Below are positions 29,001 to 37,458 of a stretch of DNA of 64,000 nucleotides, piece after piece (position 1 is the first letter of the stretch; each line of letters begins with the position of its first letter). The notes under the pieces are model-generated. The model made no database searches and was not told the origin of the DNA. It was given only the letters and a program-made list of their open reading frames with translations. Both the position numbers and the translations under genes were made by a program. Source of the stretch: Planctomycetota bacterium (lineage in GTDB: Bacteria > Planctomycetota > UBA1135 > GCA-002686595). The DNA is taken from positions 11,467 through 75,466 of the forward strand of contig DASCNH010000069.1 of assembly GCA_036011365.1 (NCBI GenBank), given 5' to 3'.

Positions 29001-29515
29001 CCGAAGAAGGGCTTCAGCTCCGGTGTCAGAAAGACGCTCATGGGCCAGCCGCCACGGCCGGTCATCTTCTGCACGGCAGCCATGTAGACCTCGTCCAGGT
29101 CAGGACGCTCCTCGCGGTCAACCTTGATACACACGAACCAGTCATTCATCAGGCCGGCGAGCTCCTCGTTCTCAAAGGTCTCGCGCTCCATCACATGGCA
29201 CCAGTGACAGGCGCTGTAGCCGATGGACAAGAAGATCGGCTTGCCCTCTTTGCGCGCCCGCTCCAGGGCTTCCGGCCCCCAGGGGTACCAGTCCACCGGG
29301 TTGTACAGGTGTTGCAGCAGGTAGGGGGAGGTCTGCCCCTTCAGGTGGTTGGCCGGGTGCTGGTGCCGGTCCGCGCCGGCGGCCTGGCCATGGCCGGCCG
29401 CAGACGGCTGGACCTCCTGCGGGGCAGGGCTCTCGGGAGCTGATGACAAAACGCTGGGGGGGGATGCGGGGACACCGGCCAAGACGGCCAGGCCCAGGGC
29501 AACTAGGCTCTTCAT
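26033..29515 (-). CDS. secreted DUF255/YyaL-type protein (thioredoxin-like domain + (alpha/alpha)6 domain) fused to a C-terminal SGNH-like domain
   Basis: 1160-aa ORF with signal peptide [17 protein letters not shown]. It has the DUF255 motif [17 protein letters not shown] and six-hairpin motifs ([27 protein letters not shown]). After a Gly/Pro/acidic linker, the last ~316 aa (about 26036..26983) are paralogous to 20330..21502. Confidence 0.85.
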   Translation of the reverse strand: MKSLVALGLAVLAGVPASPPSVLSSAPESPAPQEVQPSAAGHGQAAGADRHQHPANHLKGQTSPYLLQHLYNPVDWYPWGPEALERARKEGKPIFLSIGYSACHWCHVMERETFENEELAGLMNDWFVCIKVDREERPDLDEVYMAAVQKMTGRGGWPMSVFLTPELKPFFGGTYFPPYDSGRGVGFKRVLEHVHTLWTEQRSAAEEAGEKLVALLRAESDRQRSTQPVSLAVSDAGLAMSLRHYDKESGGFGSPPSYAPKFPHVTELVFLLRYGARTGSAEALEIVEHTLRAMAAGGIYDQLAGGFARYSTDRNWTAPHFEKMLYDNSQLAALYMEAHQATGDAFYERIARETLDYVLREMTSPEGGFYSTTDADSEGEEGKFFVWSLKELREVCGADAQAAELYWGVTERGNFEGHNILTARTIPAEVAARTGKTVEEVGAALERARAKLYREREKRIHPLLDDKVLASWNGLMLSAFARAATVFGEERYLEAARANGSFLLNSMRDENGRLYRTRRNGHSHLAGYLEDYAFVTAGLIDLFEADPDPRWIAAALKLQGLIEQHFADPLSGAWFSVADDGERLPVRTNSAQESSLPSDIGVAAMNAARLGLLTGDSAGVQRSRDALASHASELARYPVGFCQLLLVLEFLESRPPEIFVAGEDGPGGHAVADYLRAARTQWPPHRVICALPADGSPTLEKLLPAAAGKRARHGIPAAFVCFEGVCEAPLLLRPAAAGAEGTDRDGGKGSGHGATGGETEPCDSGAEGAREEDDPPGGAPSEAAPAPQPSGVGLFGGQGYDPLGPNFFPPPDPSASQTVLEAARQAGLLYHLGKAPPDPGPAGEGVLRVVIWGDELVAGGELATALGKALDERLARGAAADGAAETANEKALTLEVLSRGERGYGTDQAVLTMEEELALLAPDVAVLVLNGHNDLGDGLRNRIFRTDEHNNLERNAWELEGDIEELLRAESGGEGKLGPGDTPKDTPAIAGLIAAARGEFVAWESGDNRVRPFLNDPWDADAACSGGSPPVNAKQILLDRLVGRAKRLAAALEVPLVGCVVPSVIDLEKPRAAALGATARKRYRSNRISETLTKTCLRNQFKVANLFVPLSEAQQAPDSESPALAMLSGHEERPWTAAGVAVAARSLAEVVEPYLRAAGW

Positions 29516-29636
29516 GCTGGTGATTCTAGCCCGTATCCATCAGCGGCCTTCACGCCGATCGCTCGCAATCGGTAGGTCGCGCTGGAAAGCTCCGGGGCAG
29601 GGCCACGACGGCGGTCCCGGCGCCTGCCGCCCGCTG

Positions 29637-31178
29637 CTACTCCATGTGCGCGGCTACGCGCTCGTCGCCCATTTGCAGGCGCATGGCCTGGCGAGCCACA
29701 TACTTGCCGCCGAGGTTTCCGGCGAAGCGGATAATGCCCTTGGTGACGACGCGCCAGGCAAAGTCGATGGGCGGCCAGTGCTTGAGGCTGCGGTTGCCCT
29801 GGGCGCGGTTGTAGAGCGTGTTCTGTTCGGTCACAAGCCACTCGGAAAAGAGCATGTAAGCGATCAGCAGCGGCCAGGAGGTGATGCGATAGCGCAGGGT
29901 TCTCTCGGCCAAGGGCAGCAGCTTCGGGAAGCGCACCACCAGCGGGAACCACTTGTGTAGGTTCTCGATGGAACGCTTGTCCTTGACCTCGATGGTTGCT
30001 TCGCGGTTGAAGTAGGGCGAGAATTCGTCGTACTCCGTGACCGCGATGCCCATCTCCTTCGTGATCTCGTTGATCTCGAACTCCGGGTAAGGCTGGATGA
30101 TCGAGCACAGGGGGTGGTCCACCTCGCACTCGATATTGAGCTTGACCGTGTCGATGTCGTCTTTCAGCGTGCCGCCAGGGCCGCCCAGAATGTTGAGCGA
30201 GCCGAGGCGGATGCCATACTTCTTGATCCAGCCGGCCGAGTCGGTCAGCTGGTGGCGCTCGGTCTTCTTGCGGAAGACCGTGTTGCGCACATAGTCGTTG
30301 GCCGCCTCAAAGGCCACTCGGGCGTAGATGCAACCGGCCTCCTTCATCTGGCGGATATGGCTCTCCTTGGTCATGTTAGCCATCAGGATGGCATCGAAGG
30401 GGATGCCGACCTCCACGGGCCAGCGGCGCGCGAACTCCTCCAGCCAATCGTCGTCGATGTTGAAGATGTCGTCGACGAAGTGCACGAAGGAGAGCGGGTA
30501 GTTGGCCTTGATTTGAAGCGCCTCTTCGATCACATGGCTGACCGACCGCTTGCGCACGTACTCCGCATTGGAGACCCCGTAGATCTTCTTGCGCCAGGCG
30601 TGGTGGAAACAGAAGGAGCAGTTCATGGGACAGCCGCGTTGGGTCACGATGACCTTGCGCGGGCTGTCGCGGTAGACGGGCTGGGCCTCGTAGATCACCG
30701 AGCGATCCGGCTGTCCCAGGGCGTCCAGGTCGGACACCAGCGGTCGCAGGGGATTCTTTACGAGCTCGCCCTTTTCATCGGCGTAGCCCAGATTTTCAAT
30801 CCCGCGCCACTCCTCGCCCGCCTCAAGAGCGTTGGCCAGGTCGACGATGGCCGCCTCGCCTTCGCCCAAACAAACCGCATCAATCTCCGGACGCAAGACG
30901 CACTCCGGTGAGAAGGTGATATGCGGGCCCCCCATGATCGAGAAGAAGTCGAACTTCGACTTCAGAAGCTTGTTCACATCCTGGATAGCCGTATGGCTGC
31001 CGGTCATCACCGACCAGGTGACTATGTCGGGGGCGTAGTCCTTGAACTTGGACAGCCACTTGGGATCAGGCACATACAGGGCGCGTACCTCGTGGCCAGC
31101 GTCCTTCAGGGCGCGGCTGAGATACATGGGCCCGAGCTGCTCCTGGGGGAGCGTCCGGGCGATGTGGAGAATCTTCAC
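29637..31178 (-). CDS. B12-binding-domain radical SAM enzyme (class B)
   Basis: Rossmann-like N-terminal B12 domain, then the CxxxCxxC cluster motif in VTQRGCPMNCSFCFHHAW. A hydrophobic helix lies near the C-terminus (ITSWPLLIAYMLFSEWLV). Confidence 0.9.
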   Translation of the reverse strand: MKILHIARTLPQEQLGPMYLSRALKDAGHEVRALYVPDPKWLSKFKDYAPDIVTWSVMTGSHTAIQDVNKLLKSKFDFFSIMGGPHITFSPECVLRPEIDAVCLGEGEAAIVDLANALEAGEEWRGIENLGYADEKGELVKNPLRPLVSDLDALGQPDRSVIYEAQPVYRDSPRKVIVTQRGCPMNCSFCFHHAWRKKIYGVSNAEYVRKRSVSHVIEEALQIKANYPLSFVHFVDDIFNIDDDWLEEFARRWPVEVGIPFDAILMANMTKESHIRQMKEAGCIYARVAFEAANDYVRNTVFRKKTERHQLTDSAGWIKKYGIRLGSLNILGGPGGTLKDDIDTVKLNIECEVDHPLCSIIQPYPEFEINEITKEMGIAVTEYDEFSPYFNREATIEVKDKRSIENLHKWFPLVVRFPKLLPLAERTLRYRITSWPLLIAYMLFSEWLVTEQNTLYNRAQGNRSLKHWPPIDFAWRVVTKGIIRFAGNLGGKYVARQAMRLQMGDERVAAHME

Positions 31179-31361
31179 TGGGGATGGGGGCCGGGAGGGG
31201 CCGCGACTCTGGGCGCCGCTGATCGGGAGAGGGTCGGAGGAGGCGGAGGGGAGTCCGGGTGGTGCTTCGGTCCTTTGTCGGCCGAGGAGGCCCAGATTCT
31301 AGATGCTTCTCCCTGGATACAGGGCCTTTCCCTTGGGAAGTCGCAATGATTTCGATCGGGA

Positions 31362-32585
31362 TCAACACTCGGGGAGAGCGCCTTCCGCCAGGTTGACCAG
31401 GCTCCTGGCGGCGGCCTCCGGGTCCGTGGCTTCCAGCACCATCCCGTGCGGGCGACCCTCCCCTCCGCGCAGATAGAGGGGGTCGTAGTAGTGCAGAAGC
31501 AGCTCCCGCACCATCGCCTCCACCTTCCCCGCCTCCCAAAGGTCCATTACCCGGTGATCGGGGCCCATGCGGGTGGCCACGGCCGCGAGTTGGCGGCCCA
31601 GTTCCCCGCGATCCGTGGCCGGCGCCAAGTAATCCTCCATGAGAACCGCCACCCGACGCCCCATGGGCGCTTCCAGCAGTATGTTGGTGGCGCCGCAGAG
31701 GGCCTCCCACAGGCGTGGTGGGATTTCCACGTCGCCCACCTTGCGGCTCTCGCCTTCCAGGATCAGCGGGCCCGGAGGGCGGTCAGCCAGGCGCCTCCAG
31801 AGGTCTGACTCGAAGCTCTTTTGGCTGACCGGCTTGAGGCCCACCATGCCGAGCAAGCTGGAGCGGTGGCCGGCCAGGCCTTCCAGGTCCACGGTCCAGC
31901 CGGGCCGCATCCGCTCGAGCTCGCGCAGGACGAGGGTCTTGCCTACCCCGGTCAGGCCGCGCAGCACAAATGTGTGCGCGGCGTCCGGTGGGGACCACTC
32001 GGCCAGGCCGCCGCGCACGGCCTGGCGCCAGGAGCGGTAGCCGCCCTCCAGGACCACCACCTGCTCCAAGCCGAGCCCGATTAGGAGCGCCGCCACGCTG
32101 CGCGATCGCAGGCCGCCACGCCAGCAGTAGAGCACCAGCCCACCCTCCGGAACAGCCGCCACCGGGTGCGGGACAAGCTCCGCTTCGAGGCCATCGAGGC
32201 CTCCGGCGGTCAGCGCTTCCACGCGCGCCACAAGGCTCTCCGTGGACGGCCCTGCGACCGGCCGCCCGCTGCCAACGCCACCCGCGCCGCCCCCATCCCC
32301 CCCGGCGGAACTGGCCTCCAAGATGCGCGCCACCAGCTCAGCCACGCGTCGCAAGGTCACTGTGCGCCCCTCACGAAAAGCCGCCGCGCGCCCCTCTCGA
32401 TGGTAGAGCGTCCCCACCACCGCCCGATCCTCGTCATCTAGCAATGGCACATTCACAGCACCCGGCAGGTGATCGTCCGCGTACTCCGCCGGGCTGCGCA
32501 GGTCGACGATCGCCGCTGGAGCGCCGACCTTGAGCAACTCCAGGCTCACCACGGGAACCTGCCCACCGCTCTCCCGCGCCTTCAT
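31362..32585 (-). CDS. selU: tRNA 2-selenouridine synthase
   Basis: Rhodanese domain with active-site loop YCWRGGLRSRS, then P-loop LRGLTGVGKTLVL and AGHRSSLLG. A Gly-rich insertion lies within the rhodanese domain, upstream of the active-site loop. Confidence 0.85.
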   Translation of the reverse strand: MKARESGGQVPVVSLELLKVGAPAAIVDLRSPAEYADDHLPGAVNVPLLDDEDRAVVGTLYHREGRAAAFREGRTVTLRRVAELVARILEASSAGGDGGGAGGVGSGRPVAGPSTESLVARVEALTAGGLDGLEAELVPHPVAAVPEGGLVLYCWRGGLRSRSVAALLIGLGLEQVVVLEGGYRSWRQAVRGGLAEWSPPDAAHTFVLRGLTGVGKTLVLRELERMRPGWTVDLEGLAGHRSSLLGMVGLKPVSQKSFESDLWRRLADRPPGPLILEGESRKVGDVEIPPRLWEALCGATNILLEAPMGRRVAVLMEDYLAPATDRGELGRQLAAVATRMGPDHRVMDLWEAGKVEAMVRELLLHYYDPLYLRGGEGRPHGMVLEATDPEAAARSLVNLAEGALPEC

Positions 32586-32588
32586 CGC

Positions 32589-33899
32589 TCAGGGTAACAG
32601 GGCCAGTAGCGCCTGGGCCAGCCGCTCCGCAAGCAAGCGGTTGCCCCGCTCGTTGAAGTGACAGGCGTCATTGTAGAGCTCGCCCCGCTCCCCGCGGAAA
32701 ACCATCGAAGTGTCGAGGAAGTTGACACCGCCAGCCACCAGTTCCTCTCCGGCTGCCCGCAACTTCGGGTAGCCACTGATGGCGGCCGTGCGCCAACCCT
32801 TGCCGGTACGACCCACGCGCAGCTCGCGCTCGGTGGCCTCCTTGGACCCCGAATCGTGCAGCGTCGGCTGCAGGGCGTGCAGGTAGATGATGTCATGGGC
32901 GTCACAGATCGCCTGCATGTTCAAGGACCCCTCGAACCAGCTGCGCACGCCCAGGCTGATGGCCTCGGCCGTATCGCCGCTGAACTCGGGTCCGCTGGCG
33001 GTCGCGGTCCCCTGAAGGGAGGCCAGGTGGCTGGAGTAGGAGTCATAGGCCGCATGATGAACGCTTTGTGCCTCGTTCAGGCGCGCAAGAACCAGACGCC
33101 CGAGCAAGGCGCTGCGCCCCAGGCCCCAGCGTTGACCGTCGGCGGCGAGCTCCTCCACGCGCCTGCGCGCAGTCTTCATGTCCAGCAGGAAGCCGACGGC
33201 CTCCGTGTCCAAGGCCTGCGCGCCGGTCAGGTGCAACCAGTAGCGATAGGCCGGGTGCAGGGGATGCACACCGTTCATCTGGTTGGTGGTCGCCAGGGCC
33301 ACCTCGTTGAATCCGTCGAGGTTGATGACCGCGTCGGGCGCGAACCCCAGCGAGAGGAGATAGGCGAGGATGTTCAACTGTTGGGGCTGCTTGCCGCTCC
33401 CCCGGGCATAGACGAACTCCCGCAGGCGGCGGCCGGCCAGGCGCGGGTCGGCTCGCAGGAGTTCGAGCATGTGCTCCACGCCTCCCTTGCGGTATTCCGC
33501 GGCCACGGATCCCCCGAGGATCAATACGTCAAAGCCGGGTGTGCCCCTGCCCTGCGCGCTCTTGGTGCGGGAAAAGTAATCCACGTCTCCCGTGAGTTGC
33601 TCCTGCTTGTGGACGAAGTCGAAGGCGAAGAAGGGGTGCGGGATCATGGCCATGCCCTGGTCCTCGATGGCGCGCAGCTCCGTGCGCCCCTGCCCTTGCG
33701 CAACGGCATCAAACCGATTCGTCATGCGCTGGGCGAAGGAGTTGATCGCATCCTGCGTTTCGTCCGCGTCATAGGGCGCGCCCCGGGCCGCCCCGTACAA
33801 ACGATAGCCCACCTCCCCCAGAAAGAGGGCGCTCAGCATCACACCGAGGGCCAGCAGAACCCTCCAGCCGGAAGCCCTGCGTGTCTTGTCCACAACCAT
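32589..33899 (-). CDS. membrane-anchored SGNH/DltD-like protein (family uncertain)
   Basis: The start was moved to ATG 33899 (M33 of the track ORF), giving a TM helix WRVLLALGVMLSALFL. Block-I-like VLILGGSVAAEY and block-V-like NDACHFNERGNRLLAERLA are present. Its stop is 3 nt before the selU ATG. Confidence 0.55.
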   Translation of the reverse strand: MVVDKTRRASGWRVLLALGVMLSALFLGEVGYRLYGAARGAPYDADETQDAINSFAQRMTNRFDAVAQGQGRTELRAIEDQGMAMIPHPFFAFDFVHKQEQLTGDVDYFSRTKSAQGRGTPGFDVLILGGSVAAEYRKGGVEHMLELLRADPRLAGRRLREFVYARGSGKQPQQLNILAYLLSLGFAPDAVINLDGFNEVALATTNQMNGVHPLHPAYRYWLHLTGAQALDTEAVGFLLDMKTARRRVEELAADGQRWGLGRSALLGRLVLARLNEAQSVHHAAYDSYSSHLASLQGTATASGPEFSGDTAEAISLGVRSWFEGSLNMQAICDAHDIIYLHALQPTLHDSGSKEATERELRVGRTGKGWRTAAISGYPKLRAAGEELVAGGVNFLDTSMVFRGERGELYNDACHFNERGNRLLAERLAQALLALLP

Positions 33900-34139
33900 C
33901 GCATCAGTGTGGCCGCCGGGCGGCCCTAATGCGAGATTGCAGGCGAGACGCGCGCCGCTCCCGGGCTGGCAATCCGTGCCGAGGGGCGTCGCCACAAGTC
34001 CCGGCTTCCCCGTTGCTCTCCCCGGATCAGCTGGCAGGGTTTCCGGTTCCGTGTGGGGCCGCGTCCATGACGTGGGTCCCGGCGACGCGGCCTGAGGCTT
34101 CGGAGGGTCCGAGCGGGAGTGCCCGATGCCAGGTGCAGA

Positions 34140-35588
34140 CTACTGGTGCTCGTCTTTCCGGGGCTTGTCCGGCCTCGCCGGCGGCTGCTCCCCCGCTTGC
34201 CGCGGAGCCTTACCGTTCGAGCCGGCCGTATGGGGCGCGGTCCCCTCCGGCCTCTGGGAGCCGGCCGGTCGCCTTGCCCGCTGGGGCTTGCCCTGCCCGC
34301 TTCTACCGGCGCCGGGAGACGGCGGTCCCTGCCCGGGCTTGCCCGGGGTGCGACCAGCCTGGTGCTTTGGCGCGCGCGTGGACCGCTCTCCACCGCCCTG
34401 CATCAAGCGTCGCACGGCGTCGGCGAACTGGCGCTCGGGCATGGCCCGCAGCTGCTCAATCCTGTCCGCAGACAGCAGTCCCTGCTCTTTGATGTGCTTG
34501 ATGGCACGGGCCCGCGCCCGGCGCCCGAGCTCTCTCGGACGCTCGTGCTCCGGCAGTTCCGCCACTTCGATCCAGTCCCCCGCTGAGTGGCGCCCATATT
34601 CACGGATCACTCTCCGCAGGCGATCAAACTGTTCGGGGTTGAGGTCGCTGGCCCAGGTCGGCGGCGGGGCCCCGGACCCCTTGAGCGAGTGCCCCATGCG
34701 CTGCAGGGCGGCGTGGAACTCCTCCGGCGGAAGTTGCCGGATACGCTGCCAGGTTTCTCGGTCCAGGCCGTGGCCACCGGGAAAGCGAGGCTCGCGGTGA
34801 GCGCCCGGCTCGCCGTGGCCCGTGGGGTGTCCACCGGGTCCCGACCCCTCGGGTCCCGGTTGCCCTGCATAGCCGCCTTCCATGCGCAACTGGATGGCGT
34901 GACGCCCGAGTTCCATTACCTTTTGCATGCGCTCTTCGGGCGACAGGGCCTTGAGGCGCTCCACCTCCGCCCGATCCAGGTCCAGGTGGCGGCCCAGGCG
35001 TTCGATGGCGGACGCACTCTCATGCTCCCGAGACCGCTGGCGTAGCTCGGCCAGGATGGGGCCACGCTCTTCCGGGGCGGCGGCCGCGAGGCGTTCGCGC
35101 ACCTCCGGCGGCAGCTTCCCGTGCACCCTCTGGCCGTGTTGCCGCGCAGCCTGTTCCACCATGGCGCGCAGGATCTTGCCCCGCTGTTCCGGCTCAAGCG
35201 CCTCCAGGCGCTTGCGCTCCGCTGCGGACAGACCTTTGATGACGCCCTCGGCCATGTGACGCAGACGGCTGGCGCGCTCCTCGACATCCTTGCGTTGGCC
35301 CTCGTCCAAGGAGTTCAACTGTTCAAACCGCGCGCGTAACTCGGCTTGTTTTTCCGGCGAAAGCTGCCGCCAGCGTTCACGCCGCGCGTGCTGACTGTCC
35401 GCTTTCCTCGGCTCGCCAAGGGGCCGCCTGGTCTTGGATGCCTCGGCCTGGGGCTCGACAGCTTCCCGCTCCCGCGGCGCTTCCGAGGCTTCCGCAACCT
35501 TCCCCGCTCTCTCTGCTCTCTGGGCAAAGGCCGAGGCCGTCACCAGCAAGGCGGAGAGGGCGTAGAGGCTGTATCGGAAGGTGCCCAT
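34140..35588 (-). CDS. secreted Arg/Glu-rich helical-repeat protein (DUF3106-like), third gene of a second ECF module
   Basis: Signal peptide MGTFRYSLYALSALLVTASAFA. There are repeated xSPE(E/K)(R/Q)-type motifs (WRQLSPEKQAELRARFEQL, LSAAERKRLEALEPEQRGKIL, LAAAAPEERGPILAELRQ, LKALSPEERMQKV). The C-terminal tail is basic and Pro/Gly-rich. Confidence 0.6.
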   Translation of the reverse strand: MGTFRYSLYALSALLVTASAFAQRAERAGKVAEASEAPREREAVEPQAEASKTRRPLGEPRKADSQHARRERWRQLSPEKQAELRARFEQLNSLDEGQRKDVEERASRLRHMAEGVIKGLSAAERKRLEALEPEQRGKILRAMVEQAARQHGQRVHGKLPPEVRERLAAAAPEERGPILAELRQRSREHESASAIERLGRHLDLDRAEVERLKALSPEERMQKVMELGRHAIQLRMEGGYAGQPGPEGSGPGGHPTGHGEPGAHREPRFPGGHGLDRETWQRIRQLPPEEFHAALQRMGHSLKGSGAPPPTWASDLNPEQFDRLRRVIREYGRHSAGDWIEVAELPEHERPRELGRRARARAIKHIKEQGLLSADRIEQLRAMPERQFADAVRRLMQGGGERSTRAPKHQAGRTPGKPGQGPPSPGAGRSGQGKPQRARRPAGSQRPEGTAPHTAGSNGKAPRQAGEQPPARPDKPRKDEHQ

Positions 35589-35591
35589 GGC

Positions 35592-36728
35592 TCAACCCTG
35601 GCGGTCATCCTCCGTACCTTCGTCCGGCGCCTCGGCTTCCATGGGCGCCAGGGCGTCGATCTCGAGCAGCAACTCATCGCTCACATCGAAAGCTGAGAGC
35701 AGCAGGTCCACGTCCTCGTTGCCGTAGAACAGCTCCCAGTTCTCGTCTTCGAGCAGGTCCAGGGCCGCTAGAAGTTCCTCATCCGGAAGATCGCCCGCGA
35801 GCGTCGGCTCGGAAGGCGGCAGCTCCGGCTGAACCGCTGCCGTTTCCGTACCCGAACGCATCACCGGCGCGGTGAACGCGGGATCTTCGGTGACCGGCGT
35901 GGCGTCTCTCTCTTCGACGGCCAGCTCCGTGTTGTCCTCGGAGGGCTGGACGAGGGTTTCGGTCGGCGCCGGGCCTTCTGCGCCGTCGCCGCTCTCTGCA
36001 AGATTGCGCTCTTGATCCGTGTCCCCTGCGCCCAGCAGAGCTCCCCCCCAGAGGCTGAGGGCGAGGGCCGCCAGCAGGGCGGCGGCGGCCAGGGAGGCTC
36101 CCAGCGGTGAACGCACAAGGCGCAGGGGGGTGGCCCGCTCCAGGGGCTGCGCGCCGAAGCGTTCGCCGTCCAACTCGTCCAGAACCAGCGTGACCAGCCC
36201 GGCGGGGGGCGTCGGCGCGGGCACGCGGTCCAGCAGGCGGTCGAGGGCCGCCTCCTGCCGGGCCTGGATGGCCAGGCGCTGGCGGCCTGCGGCCAGACCG
36301 GCCAGGGTGCGTTCGGCCAGGCCAACGGGTACGGGCTCGCTTGGCTGCCGCTCAAGCAGTCTGTCCAAAGCCAGTCCAGCGAGGACTGAGCCAGCCAGGT
36401 TTTCCTGGGGCGCTGTGTTCGGGGAGCCGACTGCGGAGGCGTCCCCCGTCTCCAAAAGGTGATCGAGGCGCGCGGCTGAGCGCTGGGCCTCCTCGCGGGT
36501 CTCGCGCAGGCGAGTGAGAACCCGCGGCACCAGGTGGTCAGGCAACTGGGGGTCCGGCAGAGAGGCCAGGAGATACTCCAGGGCCTCTTCGACGGCCAGC
36601 AGATCGCGGCAGGCCGCGCAGCCCAGCAGGTGCTCGTGCCAGCCGAGGGAGGTGAGGCTAGCCGGCGACGGCTCGCCGGTCAGGTGGCGTTCGAGGCTGG
36701 CCCGGAACTCGCGGCAGGGGGCGTTCAT
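35592..36728 (-). CDS. ZAS-type anti-sigma factor with long acidic extracytoplasmic region
   Basis: N-terminal HxxxCxxC (WHEHLLGCAACRDL) and a TM helix (LAAAALLAALALSLWGGALL). Its ATG overlaps the sigma gene's TGA by 1 nt. Confidence 0.7.
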   Translation of the reverse strand: MNAPCREFRASLERHLTGEPSPASLTSLGWHEHLLGCAACRDLLAVEEALEYLLASLPDPQLPDHLVPRVLTRLRETREEAQRSAARLDHLLETGDASAVGSPNTAPQENLAGSVLAGLALDRLLERQPSEPVPVGLAERTLAGLAAGRQRLAIQARQEAALDRLLDRVPAPTPPAGLVTLVLDELDGERFGAQPLERATPLRLVRSPLGASLAAAALLAALALSLWGGALLGAGDTDQERNLAESGDGAEGPAPTETLVQPSEDNTELAVEERDATPVTEDPAFTAPVMRSGTETAAVQPELPPSEPTLAGDLPDEELLAALDLLEDENWELFYGNEDVDLLLSAFDVSDELLLEIDALAPMEAEAPDEGTEDDRQG

Positions 36729-37330
36729 CAGGCCTGCTCCTCTTCCATGAATGCGGCCAGGCTGGCGCGCAGGTTCTCCCGGGCCCGGTGGACCATGGAC
36801 TTGACCGCCTTCTCGGATGAGCCGATGACGCGCCCGATTTCCTCGTAGGGCAGCTCCTCGTACTTGGCGAGCACCAGGGCCATGCGTTGGGACTCGGGCA
36901 GGGCGGCGATGGCCGCCTGCACAGCGGCAACCACATCCAAGCGCTCCAGGTTCTCGCTGGGCGATTCCGCGTTTTCATCCTCGAAATCCAGGCCGCCGCT
37001 GTCCTCATGGTCCTTGGCCAGCGTGCTCATGGCCACCTGGTCCTTGCCCGCCCGGCGTTGGGTCTCGTTGACAGACAGGTTGAAGACGATGCGGTAGAGC
37101 CAGGTCGAGAAGCGCGCAGTGGCCGTGTAGCGCTCCCGGGCGCGGACCACACGCAGGAACACCTCCTGGACAAAGTCCTCGCGATCGCTGCGGCGGCCGA
37201 GGAAACGCGTCAGGAGCGCGAAAACCTGGCCGGAGTAGCGCTGGACGAGCTCGTCAAAAGCTGTCTCATCACCCTCCTGGTAGGCGAGCATCAGGCGCAC
37301 GCCGGGATCTGCTTGGAAGTCGCTTTTCAT
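36728..37330 (-). CDS. ECF RNA polymerase sigma factor
   Basis: The start was moved to ATG 37330 (M38 of the track ORF). Region 2 is FDELVQRYSGQVFALLTRFLGRRSDREDFVQEVFLRVVRARERY...FSTWLYRIVFNLSVNE. Region 4 is RMALVLAKYEELPYEEIGRVIGSSEKAVKSMVHRAR. Confidence 0.9.
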   Translation of the reverse strand: MKSDFQADPGVRLMLAYQEGDETAFDELVQRYSGQVFALLTRFLGRRSDREDFVQEVFLRVVRARERYTATARFSTWLYRIVFNLSVNETQRRAGKDQVAMSTLAKDHEDSGGLDFEDENAESPSENLERLDVVAAVQAAIAALPESQRMALVLAKYEELPYEEIGRVIGSSEKAVKSMVHRARENLRASLAAFMEEEQA

Positions 37331-37429
37331 GTGCTGCACGCCCCCTGAACCGGGGCTGGGGCCGGGAGTCGCTGTTTTTCCAGGGCTTTTGGCAGCCTGC
37401 CCCCGGGAACCAGCCGCCCGCCGTAATCC

Positions 37430-37458
37430 CCTATAGAACATGTGTTTATGATTGTCAT
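37430..37458 (-). promoter_or_regulatory. candidate sigma70-type promoter in an AT-rich patch (ATGACA-N17-TATAGG)
   Basis: The minus strand reads ccATGACAATCATAAACACATGTTCTATAGGgg, straddling the lepB stop codon about 100 nt upstream of the ECF sigma ATG. It is the only AT-rich patch in this stretch. Confidence 0.35.
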
